This document shows, piece after piece, positions 63,675 to 64,000 of a DNA stretch of 64,000 nt. How positions within the stretch are numbered: position 1 is the first letter of the stretch; every line of letters starts with the position of its first letter. The notes under the pieces are model-generated. The model saw only the letters and a list, made by a program, of their open reading frames with translations, made no database searches and was not told the DNA's origin. Source of the DNA: Mustelus asterias (Eukaryota); the NCBI RefSeq assembly GCF_964213995.1, contig NW_027590197.1:682001-746000 (forward strand), given 5' to 3'. The position numbers and the translations under genes were made by a program.

Positions 63675-64000
63675 TCTCTGTGTCCAGGACAGGAAGCAGT
63701 GAGCACGGATCTGTCAATCAGCCTCAATCAGCACCTTCAGGAGAATTGGGAGGGTGAATATTAGATACAGCAGAGTGAGAATGGAGGGAGAGTGTGTGGG
63801 ATGGAGATTTACAGCTTTTGGAGAATAAGAGAGGAAAGAATGTTCCAGAGAAACTACAATTGTTCTGAATTTCTATCTTGTAATGACACTGATCACTTTT
63901 GTAAACTCCTTTTACAGGATATTGGAAGGGGAGGATTTACAGACAGAAATCTCAAACCTAATGTCACATCAACATCTGACATCCTCACTCAATTCATCGG
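63675..64000 (+). other. Conserved intron-end/acceptor block of a further ZNF cassette that runs off the window
   Basis: Homologous to 40105-40400 and 12200-12480; CCTTTTACAG|GATATT with the exon starting at 63918. Confidence 0.8.

Overview
Vertebrate DNA, very likely a cartilaginous fish (shark-type HE1/V-SINEs, CR1, Penelope and Tx1 repeats; the species cannot be read from the sequence). The window is part of a cluster of tandem C2H2 zinc-finger genes. It holds eight long arrays: about three intact, one with a late nonsense codon and four disrupted. It also holds three smaller finger fragments and the start of another cassette at the right edge. All arrays share one design: a CpG promoter module (NRF1-like TGCGCATGCGCA, CCAAT, GC box, TGGAGGACC/GGTCCTCCA dyad) that appears bidirectional, an intron with a conserved 3' block ending TTTTACAG, a leader made of three dead fingers, and an ACCATGG start that appears to come from a TGEKP linker. 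The predicted proteins are fingers only, with no KRAB or other effector domain visible. The cassette spread by inverted and direct segmental duplication while the finger arrays changed quickly. Between the genes are a near full-length CR1 LINE, Rex1-like LINE pieces, Penelope pieces with minimal hammerhead ribozyme motifs (one insertion carries a U2 snRNA-like segment), a tRNA-Val(GAC)-like gene followed directly by a Tx1 5' end, Gypsy/LTR remains, SINEs, minisatellites and a perfect 95-bp inverted repeat. All comparisons were made by eye and no searches were run.
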